A DNA stretch of 33,920 bases. Source: an uncultured Chloroflexota bacterium (GTDB lineage: Bacteria; Chloroflexota; Limnocylindria; Limnocylindrales; CSP1-4). Positions 1 through 9,092 of this stretch are shown piece by piece. Below the pieces are notes generated by a model. That model ran no database searches. It saw nothing but the letters and a program-made list of their open reading frames with translations, and had not been told where the DNA came from. The stretch's first letter is position 1; every line of letters begins with the position of its first letter. The DNA lies in assembly GCA_903930745.1 (NCBI GenBank), contig CAIYZX010000181.1, forward strand, positions 1 to 33,920, in the 5' to 3' direction. Made by a program: the position numbers and the translations under genes.

Positions 1-695
1 CGGAAGCAGCGGGCGATCTGGAAGTAGCGGTCGATGCCCGCCACCATCAGGAGCTGCTTGAGCTGCTGCGGGCTCTGCGGCAGGGCGTAGACCGTGCCGG
101 GCTGGAGGCGGGACGGGACGACGAAGTCGCGCGCGCCCTCCGGGGTGCTCTTGATGAGGTTGGGCGTCTCCACCTCCACGAAGCCCGCCGCATGGTGGAC
201 CTCGCGGATGGCCTGGACGAGGTGGCTGCGCAGCAGGAGCCGGCGCGCCATCGCCTCGCGGCGGATGTCCAGGTAGCGGTACTTGAGGCGGAGGCTCTCG
301 TCGATGGGGGCGTCCGGGTCGTTCACGTAGAACGGCGGCGTCTTCGCCTCGTTGAGGATGCGCAGCCCGCGGACCTGGAGCTCCACCTCGCCGGTCGCCA
401 GCTTCGCGTTCTCCGTGCCGGGCTGGCGTCGGGCGACCTCGCCCTCCACCGCGATCACGTACTCGGAGCGGACCTTGCTCGCCAGCTCGTGCGCCTCGGG
501 CGCGTCGGCGGCGTCCACCACCACCTGGGTGATGCCGTGGCGGTCGCGGAGGTCGATGAAGATGAGCTTGCCGTAGTCACGGCGGCGGTGGACCCAGCCC
601 GCGAGGCTCGCCGCCTTCCCGGCGTCGTCCGCGCGCAGCGCCCCGGCGGTGTGGGTGCGGTACGGGGTTGCGAGGCTGGTGGGGTCAACGGGCAC
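1..695 (-). CDS. aspS: Aspartate--tRNA ligase, N-terminal part (runs off the window start)
   Basis: Not in the ORF track. Manual translation from GTG at 695 (GGAG upstream) gives [57 protein letters not shown]...[12 protein letters not shown]...[29 protein letters not shown]. These are the bacterial AspRS OB-fold and class II signatures, and the gene lies downstream of hisS. Confidence 0.97.
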   Translation of the reverse strand, partial: MPVDPTSLATPYRTHTAGALRADDAGKAASLAGWVHRRRDYGKLIFIDLRDRHGITQVVVDAADAPEAHELASKVRSEYVIAVEGEVARRQPGTENAKLATGEVELQVRGLRILNEAKTPPFYVNDPDAPIDESLRLKYRYLDIRREAMARRLLLRSHLVQAIREVHHAAGFVEVETPNLIKSTPEGARDFVVPSRLQPGTVYALPQSPQQLKQLLMVAGIDRYFQIARCF

Positions 696-735
696 GAGGT
701 GGCTCCCAGTGGAACGGGGTGGAGTGGCTGACATC

Positions 736-2886
736 CTACGTCAGGGGCGCGCCATCGGGTTCGCGCGCGCCATCGGGTTCGCGAAGACCCAGCTCCACCA
801 GCCAGCCCGCCAGCAGGCGGTGCAGGGCCGGGGCGCCCACGATGGGACCGGCGGGCTCCGCAAGGTCCGCGGGGTACATGACGAACGCCTCGGTCTGCGG
901 GCCGCCGATGCCGCCGTGGCTGCCCACCAGCTCCTCGAACGCCGCCACCTCGCCCGTGTCCACGTAGTAGCTGGAGACCACCACCAGGTCGCCCACGTGC
1001 TGCATGGCGTCCAGCCTTCGCAGCGAGATCGCGGCCAGCTGGCCGTACGGTGCCAGCGGGTCGTCGCCCTCCACCTCGCCGGTGTCCAGGTGGTGGATCC
1101 CGGGCGCGGCATGACCAACGGAGCCCAGCACCAGCGGGCCGTGTGCGGCGGAGCGAAGCATCACGAGGCCCACGCCCGGGTGCGAGGCGAGCGCCTCCAC
1201 GAGGCCAGGATGAGCGGCGTCGATGGCCTCCCAGGTGAGGCGGTCATGGACCGCGGTGAAGTAGACGTTCGCAAGGTTGCCCGACGCGGCGACGACGACG
1301 TCCGTCCTGGGGTGGGGCCGGCCTGCGGCATCCAATCCCTCGCCGTGGTCCTCGGCCGCCCGCTTCTGGACGCGCTCACGCGCAAAGCTGGCGCCGCGTC
1401 CCTTGCCGCCCGCGAGCTGCGTCATGACCGTGTTGACGTGGCCCCACCCCTCCACGGAGCCGGTGGCGGCGAGGACCGCCGGTTCCCCGGCCATCAGGTC
1501 GCGCACCAGGGCGTCCAGCGATTGGCCGTACCGCTGGCGGAAGGTTGCGCCCTGGCTCTGGCCGTGGTCCGAGAGGACGACGATCCGGTACGGACGCGAG
1601 GTGAGCGCAGCGGCCCGCGCGAGGATGCCGATCTGGCGGTCCACCTCCGCGATCGCGTCCAGCGCCTCCGGGCGCTCCGGGCCGCTGTGGTGGGCGATCT
1701 CGTCGTACCCCACGAGATCCACGTAGATCACGGGCGTGCCCCGGTACATCTCCTCCAGGACCACCCCAACGGACAGGTCCCGCAGCACGACACAGGCGGC
1801 CGCCCGGAGCAGCGGGTATGGCCACGAGCGCCCGATGCGAGGCACCACGCCGCGGAGCCGCTGCTGGCGCGCCTCGATCGTCTCCCGGACCACCTCCATG
1901 CCAACGAGCACGAAGGTGCGGAAGACGGTGGACGGATCCGCGAAGAAGCCGAAGAAGTCCCGGCTCCGGACCCCGCTGGGAGCCCTGAGGGTGGACGTGG
2001 TGAGGGCGCTCCGCGTCGCGTCGCCGGAGACGAGGTTGGAGATGCTGGTCCCGCCTCCGGCCAGGAGGCCGTTCCCGGACGACACGCGCCGCTCGATCTC
2101 GGCGGCGTCCGCCGGGCGGTTGGACACCATGAGGCGTCCGCTCCCCTTCTCGTACCAGCGGAAGGCCGGAATACCGTCATTGGATCCGTGGAGGATGCCC
2201 GCCTGCGACGCCGAGGTCTGCGAGGGTGCCAGCACGTCCCAGCGTGCCAGCCGGTGGTGGCCGCCCCGCACCCAGGCCGCCATCGTGGGCGCATTGCCGG
2301 TGCGGATGGCGAACCGCAGGATGGGCTCCGCGAGGCCGTCCACCTGGACGACGAGCAGGCCAGGCGCGCTGGCGGTCGAGCCCTGGGGCTGGCGCCGGTA
2401 CGCCTCCAGGACCACCTGCCGGTACCAGGAGTCAGACCAGTCCAGGTCAAGCACCAGGCCGATGCCCATGTTGACCACGGCCAGGTAGAGCGAGAGCCCG
2501 AACGCGACGCCGAAGTCCCCGACCTCGAACCCGGGCACCACCGTGGCGACGAGGGCGATCATCAGCCCGTTGATCGCGAGCGACAGCAGTCCCAGCGTCA
2601 GGACGGCGTAGCGGACGACGAAGCGCAGGACGATGGGCCGGACGAGCGCATTGGCCGCGGAGATCCCCACCACGGCCCCCACGAGCGACAGGATTCCGTG
2701 GAACCGGACCGGCTCCAGGGCCCATGCCGCGAGCGCGAGGGCGAGCCCGTCGACAATCCACGTCACGAGCACGTAGCGGACGAGTCGCGACCTGTCCTGG
2801 CGCCAGGCGTCGGCGACACGGAGGTTGGCGCGCCAGAAGACGCGCAGGTCCGTGGTGGCGCGCGTGATGGGCCCGGGGATGCGCAT
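736..2886 (-). CDS. Membrane protein: YvlD/phage-holin-4-like N-terminal domain fused to an alkaline-phosphatase-superfamily (phosphodiesterase-like) domain
   Basis: ATG at 2886 with GGAGG upstream; the ORF-track start at 3015 overlaps hisS. About four hydrophobic helices (NALVRPIV...[12 protein letters not shown]), then [26 protein letters not shown] and LSDHGQ metal/nucleophile motifs. Confidence 0.85.
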   Translation of the reverse strand: MRIPGPITRATTDLRVFWRANLRVADAWRQDRSRLVRYVLVTWIVDGLALALAAWALEPVRFHGILSLVGAVVGISAANALVRPIVLRFVVRYAVLTLGLLSLAINGLMIALVATVVPGFEVGDFGVAFGLSLYLAVVNMGIGLVLDLDWSDSWYRQVVLEAYRRQPQGSTASAPGLLVVQVDGLAEPILRFAIRTGNAPTMAAWVRGGHHRLARWDVLAPSQTSASQAGILHGSNDGIPAFRWYEKGSGRLMVSNRPADAAEIERRVSSGNGLLAGGGTSISNLVSGDATRSALTTSTLRAPSGVRSRDFFGFFADPSTVFRTFVLVGMEVVRETIEARQQRLRGVVPRIGRSWPYPLLRAAACVVLRDLSVGVVLEEMYRGTPVIYVDLVGYDEIAHHSGPERPEALDAIAEVDRQIGILARAAALTSRPYRIVVLSDHGQSQGATFRQRYGQSLDALVRDLMAGEPAVLAATGSVEGWGHVNTVMTQLAGGKGRGASFARERVQKRAAEDHGEGLDAAGRPHPRTDVVVAASGNLANVYFTAVHDRLTWEAIDAAHPGLVEALASHPGVGLVMLRSAAHGPLVLGSVGHAAPGIHHLDTGEVEGDDPLAPYGQLAAISLRRLDAMQHVGDLVVVSSYYVDTGEVAAFEELVGSHGGIGGPQTEAFVMYPADLAEPAGPIVGAPALHRLLAGWLVELGLREPDGAREPDGAPLT
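748..783. repeat. 18-bp tandem duplication (CGCGCCATCGGGTTCGCG x2) encoding [12 protein letters not shown] at the C-terminus of the 736..2886 protein
   Basis: Two exact adjacent copies at 748-765 and 766-783. Confidence 0.9.
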
Positions 2887-2905
2887 CCGCCTGCCCCCGC
2901 CTCCG

Positions 2906-4201
2906 TCAGCCGTGCCTGTGGCTGCTCTCGGCCCGGGCGAGCTCGCGGGCGAGGTCCGCAAGCGCCACGATCCGCTGGCTTGCGGCCTGGAGGTCGCGCA
3001 CCTGGACCTGGCCATCGGCCAGCTCGTCGCCCAGGATCACGGCGAAATGCGCGCCGTCCTTGCCGGCGGCCTCCAGCTGGCGGCCAAGCTTGCGACGGCC
3101 CAGGTCCGCGCGAACGCGCAGCCCCGCGGCACGCAGCTCCGTGGCGACCCTGAAGCGGCCCACGGTGTCATCTGGATCCGCGGAGACCACCACGGCGAGC
3201 GGCCCCTCGGCGGTCGCGGCGGCCCCATCGGCCCCCGCCTGCTCGGCGAGCACCAGCGCCACGCGGTCCAGGCCAAGCCCGAACCCGATGCCCGGCGTGG
3301 GCTTGCCGCCCAGCAGCGCCACGAGGCCGTCATACCGGCCGCCGCCGCCCAGCGCCTGCTGCTGGCCCTCGCGGCCGGCCACGTAGAACTCGAAGGCGGT
3401 GCGGGTGTAGTAGTCCAGGCCGCGGACAAGGCCGGGTTCCACGCGGAACGGGACACCAACGGCGGCCAGGTGCGCCTTGACGCTCTCGAAGTGCGCCGCG
3501 CAGGCCTCGCACAGGCGGTCCGTGATGCGCGGTGCGGCGGCGTTGAGCTCCGCCATCGCCGGGTCCTTGGAGTCCAGGAGCCGCAGGACGTTGCGCTCAA
3601 GGCGGTCCAGCTCCGTGGGCGGCAGCACGGCCGCGTGGCCGCGGTAGTACGCGGTCAGCTCCGCCACGTACGCCGGGCGGCACGCCGGGTCACCGATGCT
3701 GTTGACCAGCACCTCCACGTTCCGGACGCCGGCCTCCGTGTAGAAGCGGTGGCCCAGCTCGATGATCTCGGCGTCGATGCCCGGACCCGCGTCGCCGATG
3801 GCCTCCACGTCGAACTGCCAGAACTGGCGGTAGCGGCCGGCCTGGGGGCGGTCGTAGCGGAACATGGGGCCCGTGGTGGTCAGCTTCACCGGCTGCGGCC
3901 ACGTCTGCATGCCGTGCTGCACGTAAGCGCGCACGATGCCGGCCGTGGGCTCCGGGCGCAGCGCCCAGCTCTCGGACTCCTCGGTGCGCGGGGCGATGCG
4001 GAAGAGCTCCTTCTCCACGACATCGGTGACCTCGCCGATCCCGCGCTCGAAGACGCTGGACTGCTCGAAGAGCGGCGTCTCGATGCCGCGGTAGCCGTAC
4101 CGGGTGGTCAGGCTGCTCGCGGTGCGCATGAGGCGGTCGAAGACCGCGCGGTCGTCGGGAAGGAGGTCACGGGTGCCCCGGGGGGCTCGAAAGGCTGCCA
4201 T
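2906..4201 (-). CDS. hisS: Histidine--tRNA ligase
   Basis: ATG at 4201 gives MAAFRAPRGTRD...LRPEPTAG...FRYDRPQAGRYRQFWQF...LVRGLDYYTRTAFE...GGGRYDGL, with a C-terminal anticodon-binding domain. Confidence 0.98.
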   Translation of the reverse strand: MAAFRAPRGTRDLLPDDRAVFDRLMRTASSLTTRYGYRGIETPLFEQSSVFERGIGEVTDVVEKELFRIAPRTEESESWALRPEPTAGIVRAYVQHGMQTWPQPVKLTTTGPMFRYDRPQAGRYRQFWQFDVEAIGDAGPGIDAEIIELGHRFYTEAGVRNVEVLVNSIGDPACRPAYVAELTAYYRGHAAVLPPTELDRLERNVLRLLDSKDPAMAELNAAAPRITDRLCEACAAHFESVKAHLAAVGVPFRVEPGLVRGLDYYTRTAFEFYVAGREGQQQALGGGGRYDGLVALLGGKPTPGIGFGLGLDRVALVLAEQAGADGAAATAEGPLAVVVSADPDDTVGRFRVATELRAAGLRVRADLGRRKLGRQLEAAGKDGAHFAVILGDELADGQVQVRDLQAASQRIVALADLARELARAESSHRHG

Positions 4202-4209
4202 CGGCGCGA

Positions 4210-4215
4210 AGTCTA
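4210..4215 (-). promoter_or_regulatory. Putative -10 element (TAGACT) of a leaderless hisS transcript
   Basis: GG-TAGACT lies 8 nt before the hisS ATG and no Shine-Dalgarno is evident. Confidence 0.5.
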
Positions 4216-4276
4216 CCGGGCGCCATGGGTCACGGCGGGCCAGGAGACGCCCGCAGGGTGACGGAGCATCCGGCGG

Positions 4277-4282
4277 TAGCAT
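4277..4282 (+). promoter_or_regulatory. Putative -10 element (TAGCAT) of a leaderless MFS transcript
   Basis: GG-TAGCAT lies 6 nt before the ATG at 4289, with no SD at normal spacing. Confidence 0.55.
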
Positions 4283-4288
4283 CTCGGC

Positions 4289-5569
4289 ATGCCGGCCATC
4301 GCCAGCGGCCTGGGGGTCTTCCGCCACCGCAACTACCGACTCTTCTACGGTGGACAGGCGGTCTCGCTCGTTGGCACCTGGATGCAGCAGGTGGCCCAGG
4401 CCTGGCTCCTCCTCCAGCTGACCAACGATCCCTTCGTCCTCGGCCTCGCGTCCGTGTGCGCGTTCGGCCCCGTCCTCGTCTTCGGGCTCTTCGGCGGGCT
4501 CATCGCGGACGCGCTGCCCAAGCGGCGGACGCTGATCGCCGTGCAGGTCGCCCAGATGAGCCTCGCGCTCATCCTGTTCGCCCTCGTGATCACGAACACC
4601 GTGCAGGTCTGGCACGTGCTCGCGCTCGCCGTGCTCCTCGGCCTGACCAACGCCGTGGACATGCCCGTGCGCCAGTCCTTCGTGGTGGAGATGACCGGTC
4701 GCGACGAGGTGGGCACCGCGGTGGCGCTCAACTCCGCGCTGTTCAACGCCACCCGCGTGGTGGGCCCGGCCATCGGCGGCCTTGCCATCGGCGCCTTCGG
4801 GATGGCCCAGGCGTTCCTCCTCAACGGCCTCAGCTTCCTGGCCCCGGTCACCACCTACTCGTTGATGCGCGACCAGGAGCTGTTCTCGCCGCCGGCGCTC
4901 GCCCGCGCCCACTCCGCCGCGGAGGTGCGCGAGCAGCTGGCCGAGGGCCTCCGCTACGTCCGCCGCACGGACATGGTGCTGATGCTGGTGATCATCGTGG
5001 GGATCGTGTCCACGCTGGGCATGAACTTCGGCGTGATGATCCCGGCCTTCGCCCGCGGCGTGCTCAGGACGGACGCGACCGGCTTCGGGTTCATCATGGC
5101 CGCCACAGGTCTTGGCTCCATGACCTCCGCCCTGGGCATCGCGTTCTCCGGCAAGTCCAGGCCGGCAATCGTGTGGCGCGGCGCGCTGCTGCTGGGGCTC
5201 GCGCTCATCGGCGCCGCCGTCGTCCCCTCGTTCTGGCTCGCGCTCCCGGTCATGTTCGTCCTGGGCTTCGGCGCCATCGGCATGGCGGCCACGGCGAACA
5301 CTGTCATCCAGACGGCCGTCCCGGACGGGCTCCGCGGACGGGTGATCAGCGTCTACACCACGGTCTTCGTGGGCTCCACGCCGGTGGGCGGCCTCGTGTC
5401 CGGCTGGCTGATGTCCAACGTGGGGATCCCGGACACCCTGGCGATCAGCGGCATCGGCTGCGTGCTGGCGAGCGTGGCTGCGGCGGCCTGGCTCCGGCGC
5501 ATCGAGCGGGCGCAGGCCCGGGAACCTGACCTTGACGGGGCGACCGCCGCCCAGGCGAGCTCGCGCTGA
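4289..5569 (+). CDS. MFS transporter (MFS_3/DUF894, EntS-like family)
   Basis: 426 aa with about 12 hydrophobic segments. N-terminal FRHRNYRLFYGGQAVSLVGTWMQ, GGLIADALPKRR (motif A-like), DMPVRQSFVVEM and QTAVPDGLRGRV. Confidence 0.93.
   Translation: MPAIASGLGVFRHRNYRLFYGGQAVSLVGTWMQQVAQAWLLLQLTNDPFVLGLASVCAFGPVLVFGLFGGLIADALPKRRTLIAVQVAQMSLALILFALVITNTVQVWHVLALAVLLGLTNAVDMPVRQSFVVEMTGRDEVGTAVALNSALFNATRVVGPAIGGLAIGAFGMAQAFLLNGLSFLAPVTTYSLMRDQELFSPPALARAHSAAEVREQLAEGLRYVRRTDMVLMLVIIVGIVSTLGMNFGVMIPAFARGVLRTDATGFGFIMAATGLGSMTSALGIAFSGKSRPAIVWRGALLLGLALIGAAVVPSFWLALPVMFVLGFGAIGMAATANTVIQTAVPDGLRGRVISVYTTVFVGSTPVGGLVSGWLMSNVGIPDTLAISGIGCVLASVAAAAWLRRIERAQAREPDLDGATAAQASSR
5553..5568 (+). repeat. 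Left copy of 16-bp direct repeat AGGCGAGCTCGCGCTG (putative island boundary)
   Basis: Identical to 31703-31718 and located at the MFS 3' end. Confidence 0.7.
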
Positions 5570-5948
5570 CCTGGCAGGGCATCGCCTGCAGAGCAGGACC
5601 CCAGCGCGGAGGCGCGGCTTGGAGTGGTCGCCAACGCCGGTGGCCGCCTCCGGAGAACACCACCCGATGTCAAGCGCAGCCCCGGTGACCGTGGCCCTGG
5701 AGGCCAGTCCGCCGCGTGGCGTGCCCGCCGGCCGCCCGAGACCGGGAAGATCCCCTCCCTCGTGCGTGAAGGAGCATGACGCCCGGGCGCCTCGGAGGAC
5801 GTTCATCGCTCCGTCTGAGGCCGCCGCCCGTGACGCACTAGGCGAACGGGAGTTGCCCACCGGCGCATGCACCAGCAGCAGGCCGGCGCGGGACCGCCAT
5901 TGCCCAGCGGCAGGTCATGCCTGCGTCGATGCACCCTGGTCCGGCATG

Positions 5949-5994
5949 TTGACCTGATCACCGCTTCGCTCTATGCTCGATAATCGATGATTGG
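5949..5994 (+). promoter_or_regulatory. Sigma70-like promoter (TTGACC-17-TATGCT) with overlapping TCGATAATCGA operator, for the SDR-MBL-ADH operon
   Basis: -35 at 5949-5954, -10 at 5972-5977, palindrome at 5977-5987 and a degenerate second copy at 5984-5994. Confidence 0.8.
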
Positions 5995-6031
5995 ACGCCC
6001 AGGGCGGTGGCGCCCCGCGCCGAGGAGCACC

Positions 6032-6817
6032 ATGGACTACGTGAACAGGTTCGCGCTCACGGACAGGGTCGCGATCGTGCCCGGCGGGGCCGGTGCGATC
6101 GGATCTGCGATCTGCAGGGCGCTCGCGGGGGCCGGCGCGCAGGTCGCGGTCATGGCCCGCACCCTCCAGCAGGCCGAGGCCGTTGCCTCAGAGATCAACG
6201 CCGCCGGCGGCGAGGCGATCGGCGTCGCAGCGGATGCCACGGTTGAGTCCGACTGCGAGGCGGCCGTGGCCGCGACGGTCGAGCGGTTCGGCCACCTCGA
6301 CATCATCGTCAACTGCATCGGGGGCGGTGCCGGCAAGGTGCTCCACGGCGCCGAGGCGTACCCGCGCGATGCCTGGGACTGGATCATGGAGCTCAACGTC
6401 CGGAGCACGGTGGTTGCCACGCAGCCGGCCGTGCGCCAGATGATCAGGCAGGGCACCGGGGGCAGGGTGGTCAACATCAGCTCGGTGCGAGCCCTGCTGG
6501 GCATCAACGCCGGCTACTCGGCCTACGTCGCCGCCAAGGGCGCGGTGGAGTCGCTCACCCGCCAGTGGGCAACCGAGTGGGCGAGGCACGGCATCAACGT
6601 GAACGGCATCCGCCCGACCTTCGTGGACACTCCCCAGGTGGCCATGCTGCTGGGCGATCCGGCCTTCAGGGCCTCCATCGTCGCCCGCATCCCGCTCGGC
6701 CGCGTGGGCGGCACGGACGACATGACGGGCGCCGTCGTGTTCCTGTGCAGCCCGGCCGCATCGTTCATCACCGGCCAGACCATCGGACTCGATGGCGGCC
6801 TCACCTCAACGCAGTAG
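6032..6817 (+). CDS. Classical SDR family NAD(P)-dependent oxidoreductase (gluconate 5-dehydrogenase/KduD-like)
   Basis: ATG at 6032 after GAGGAG. Motifs PGGAGAIG, NISS, YVAAK and SFITGQTIGLDGG. Confidence 0.92.
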   Translation: MDYVNRFALTDRVAIVPGGAGAIGSAICRALAGAGAQVAVMARTLQQAEAVASEINAAGGEAIGVAADATVESDCEAAVAATVERFGHLDIIVNCIGGGAGKVLHGAEAYPRDAWDWIMELNVRSTVVATQPAVRQMIRQGTGGRVVNISSVRALLGINAGYSAYVAAKGAVESLTRQWATEWARHGINVNGIRPTFVDTPQVAMLLGDPAFRASIVARIPLGRVGGTDDMTGAVVFLCSPAASFITGQTIGLDGGLTSTQ

Positions 6818-6837
6818 CCCCGGAGGGCCAGACCGCC

Positions 6838-7731
6838 ATGGAGCAGGTCACCGACCGCATCTTCGCCGAGACGCGGCTCCGCGGCTGCAATCCCGCCTTC
6901 GTGAAGACGTCCGCAGGACCCGTCGTCATCGACACGCCCCAGCTTCCAACCAGGGCCGTGGCCATGCGGAAGATGGTCGAGGAGCACGGGACGATGCAGC
7001 TGCTCGTCAACACCGAGCACCACGTCGACCACATCTTCGGCAACTACTGGTTCAAGGGGGCGGTACCCATCGCCCATCACCAGGGCGTGCACGACCGGTT
7101 CATGACCGTGTACCCGGAGCTGGACCCGTTCGCCTACGCGCTGGAGGCGCTGCCGACAGACGATCCCGGCGGGGCCGCCCTCGTGCCGGACCGCGAGACC
7201 TACTACGCGAACATGGGCACTGCCGACATCGTCTTCACGGGCGATGTGACGTTCCGCATCGGCGACCGGACCTTCGCCCTGCTCCACACCCCGGGCCACA
7301 CGCCGGGCCAGGTGGCGGTCTACGTCCCCGAGGAGCGCGCCGTCTTCACCGGCGACACGATCTTCTCGGAATGCACGACGTGGCTCATGACGTCCAACGT
7401 GGACCAGTGGATCACGGCGCTCGACCGGATCCGGGCCCTGGACATCGACCACGTCATCCCCGGCCATGGGCCGGTCCAGACGAAGGCGTACCTCGCCACC
7501 CAGCGCTCCTTCATGCTGGAGTGGAAGGCGGCGGTCGCGGTGGCCGTGGCCAAGGGCTGGTCACGCGAGGAGACGATCGCCCGCGTCAGCTTCGAGGAGC
7601 GCTACCCGGTGGACATCGGGCAGGAGTACATGATGGGCTACATCCAGGAGCGCAACGCCGGTGCGCTGTACGACCTGTTCACCAGGCCCACCGAGACGAC
7701 CTGGCCCGCGAAGGACGCACCGCCCCGCTGA
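6838..7731 (+). CDS. Metallo-beta-lactamase-fold hydrolase
   Basis: ATG at 6838 after GGAGG. Motifs VIDT, NTEHHVDHIFGN, TPGHTPG, FTGD and IPGHG. Confidence 0.9.
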   Translation: MEQVTDRIFAETRLRGCNPAFVKTSAGPVVIDTPQLPTRAVAMRKMVEEHGTMQLLVNTEHHVDHIFGNYWFKGAVPIAHHQGVHDRFMTVYPELDPFAYALEALPTDDPGGAALVPDRETYYANMGTADIVFTGDVTFRIGDRTFALLHTPGHTPGQVAVYVPEERAVFTGDTIFSECTTWLMTSNVDQWITALDRIRALDIDHVIPGHGPVQTKAYLATQRSFMLEWKAAVAVAVAKGWSREETIARVSFEERYPVDIGQEYMMGYIQERNAGALYDLFTRPTETTWPAKDAPPR

Positions 7732-7795
7732 CCTTGAACAAGCGGCCTGCGCCCATTTGGCCGGTCCGCTCCACCCCTCCACGGAGAGCAACGAC

Positions 7796-8860
7796 GTGAC
7801 CGTCCTTCCCGCCACCATGGAGGCGCTGGTGGTCACCGCGCCAGGCCAGTTGGAGATCCGCCAGGTCCCCGTGCCGATCCCCGGCCCAAACGAGGTGCTC
7901 GCACGCGTCCGCGCGGTGTCGATCTGCGGCACCGATGCCCATCTGATCCACGGTGACTACCCCGGCTTCTGGCCACCCGCCTTCCCGTTCATCCCCGGCC
8001 ATGAGTGGGCAGGCGAGATCGTCGCTCTCGGGCCAGGCTCGGCCCTGCATGGATGGACGGTCGGCGACCGGGTCGCCGGCACGTCGCACGATGCCTGCGG
8101 CGTCTGCCAGAAGTGCGTCGAGGGCAGGTACAACCTGTGCGAGAACTACGGGAGGCCCGGACTGCACAAGCAGTACGGTCATAGCTACCAGGGCGCAGAC
8201 TCGACATACGTCGCGCAGGGCATCAAGACGATCTTCCCACTCCCTGGCTCCCTCGGCTTCGACGAGGGAGCGCTCGTTGACCCGGCGTCAATCGCGCTCC
8301 ACGTGGCCAACCGTGGCCGCATCGAGCCGGGCGACACGGTTGCGATCACCGGGGCGGGCACCATCGGCCTGCTCGGCGGCGACGCGGCGTTCATCCGCGG
8401 AGCCGGGCGCGTGATCGTGGTCGGTCGCGGGTACCGCCTCAGGAAGGCGGCCGCCATGGGCTTTGAGACGGTCGACAGCAGCGCGGATGATCCCGTGGCC
8501 GCCGTGCGAGCGATGACGGGTGGGCGTGGTGCCGACGTGGTGCTCGAGTGCGCCGGTGTCCCCGAGATGATCAATGCAGGCCTCGGGATGCTGCGCCGTG
8601 GCGGGCGATGCTCGGCAGTCGGCATCCCAACCGAGGGTGTCGCGATCGGCATGCAGCGCCTCGTGCTGGACGAGCTCGAGCTCGTGGGCTCACGCGCCTC
8701 GGCGGGCGAGATGCGCCGGGTCATGCCGCACCTCGAGCAGGGCCGGATGCGGGTGCGCGAGCTGATCACACACCGCTTCGCGCTCACCGACTACCAGCAG
8801 GCCATCGACACCTTCAACGACCGGGCCAGCGGCGCGATCAAGATCATCGTCAACCCGTAG
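7796..8860 (+). CDS. Zinc-dependent medium-chain alcohol/polyol dehydrogenase (sorbitol/threonine DH-like)
   Basis: GTG at 7796 after GGAG (alternative ATG at 7817). Motifs ICGTD, GHEWAG, CGVCQKCVEGRYNLC and GAGTIG. Confidence 0.93.
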   Translation: MTVLPATMEALVVTAPGQLEIRQVPVPIPGPNEVLARVRAVSICGTDAHLIHGDYPGFWPPAFPFIPGHEWAGEIVALGPGSALHGWTVGDRVAGTSHDACGVCQKCVEGRYNLCENYGRPGLHKQYGHSYQGADSTYVAQGIKTIFPLPGSLGFDEGALVDPASIALHVANRGRIEPGDTVAITGAGTIGLLGGDAAFIRGAGRVIVVGRGYRLRKAAAMGFETVDSSADDPVAAVRAMTGGRGADVVLECAGVPEMINAGLGMLRRGGRCSAVGIPTEGVAIGMQRLVLDELELVGSRASAGEMRRVMPHLEQGRMRVRELITHRFALTDYQQAIDTFNDRASGAIKIIVNP

Positions 8861-9092
8861 GGCACGCTGACCCGCGGCACCATTGCGCTCCGCTGGCCTG
8901 CCCACAGGACGCGTCCACCGCGGCCGCGCCGCCGCGTCCCCCCTGGGCCGCTCCGGCTCCACGACCTGGACGTCAGGCGGGTCTCGGTGCCGGGCCGGCG
9001 TCCCACCTCTGACCGTTCGCCGGCACGGTCCGGCCCGCTCGCGAACCGACGCAACGGTCTGAGCGGTGCGCTGGCGCGGCGGGCCGGTGCTC

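Noticed and set aside
736-2886. Prophage lysis module implied by the holin-like domain
   Set aside because: No endolysin or other phage genes; the domain is fused to a phosphoesterase between housekeeping genes.
649-3153. Long antisense/alternative-frame ORFs (649..3153, 2825..4261, 9066..11408, 12447..13733, 17580..19061, 19942..21723, 23098..24285, 31815..32801)
   Set aside because: Shadow ORFs typical of high-GC DNA. They overlap well-supported genes and have no recognisable motifs.
2906-5872. 988-aa ORF suggesting a HisRS with a long N-terminal extension
   Set aside because: The extension is the stop-free antisense of the MFS gene; HisRS homology starts at ATG 4201.
5532-5957. 141-aa ORF in the left island flank
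   Set aside because: Pro/Arg/Ala-rich with no motifs, and it overlaps the MFS end and the -35 box; treated as non-coding.
6838-7731. Beta-lactam resistance gene
   Set aside because: No signal peptide, a variant metal motif and a catabolic operon context.
9007-9063. Imperfect hairpins between the convergent ADH and PPDK-like genes
   Set aside because: Short or mismatched GC stems without a U-tract; cannot be supported as an intrinsic terminator or ncRNA.
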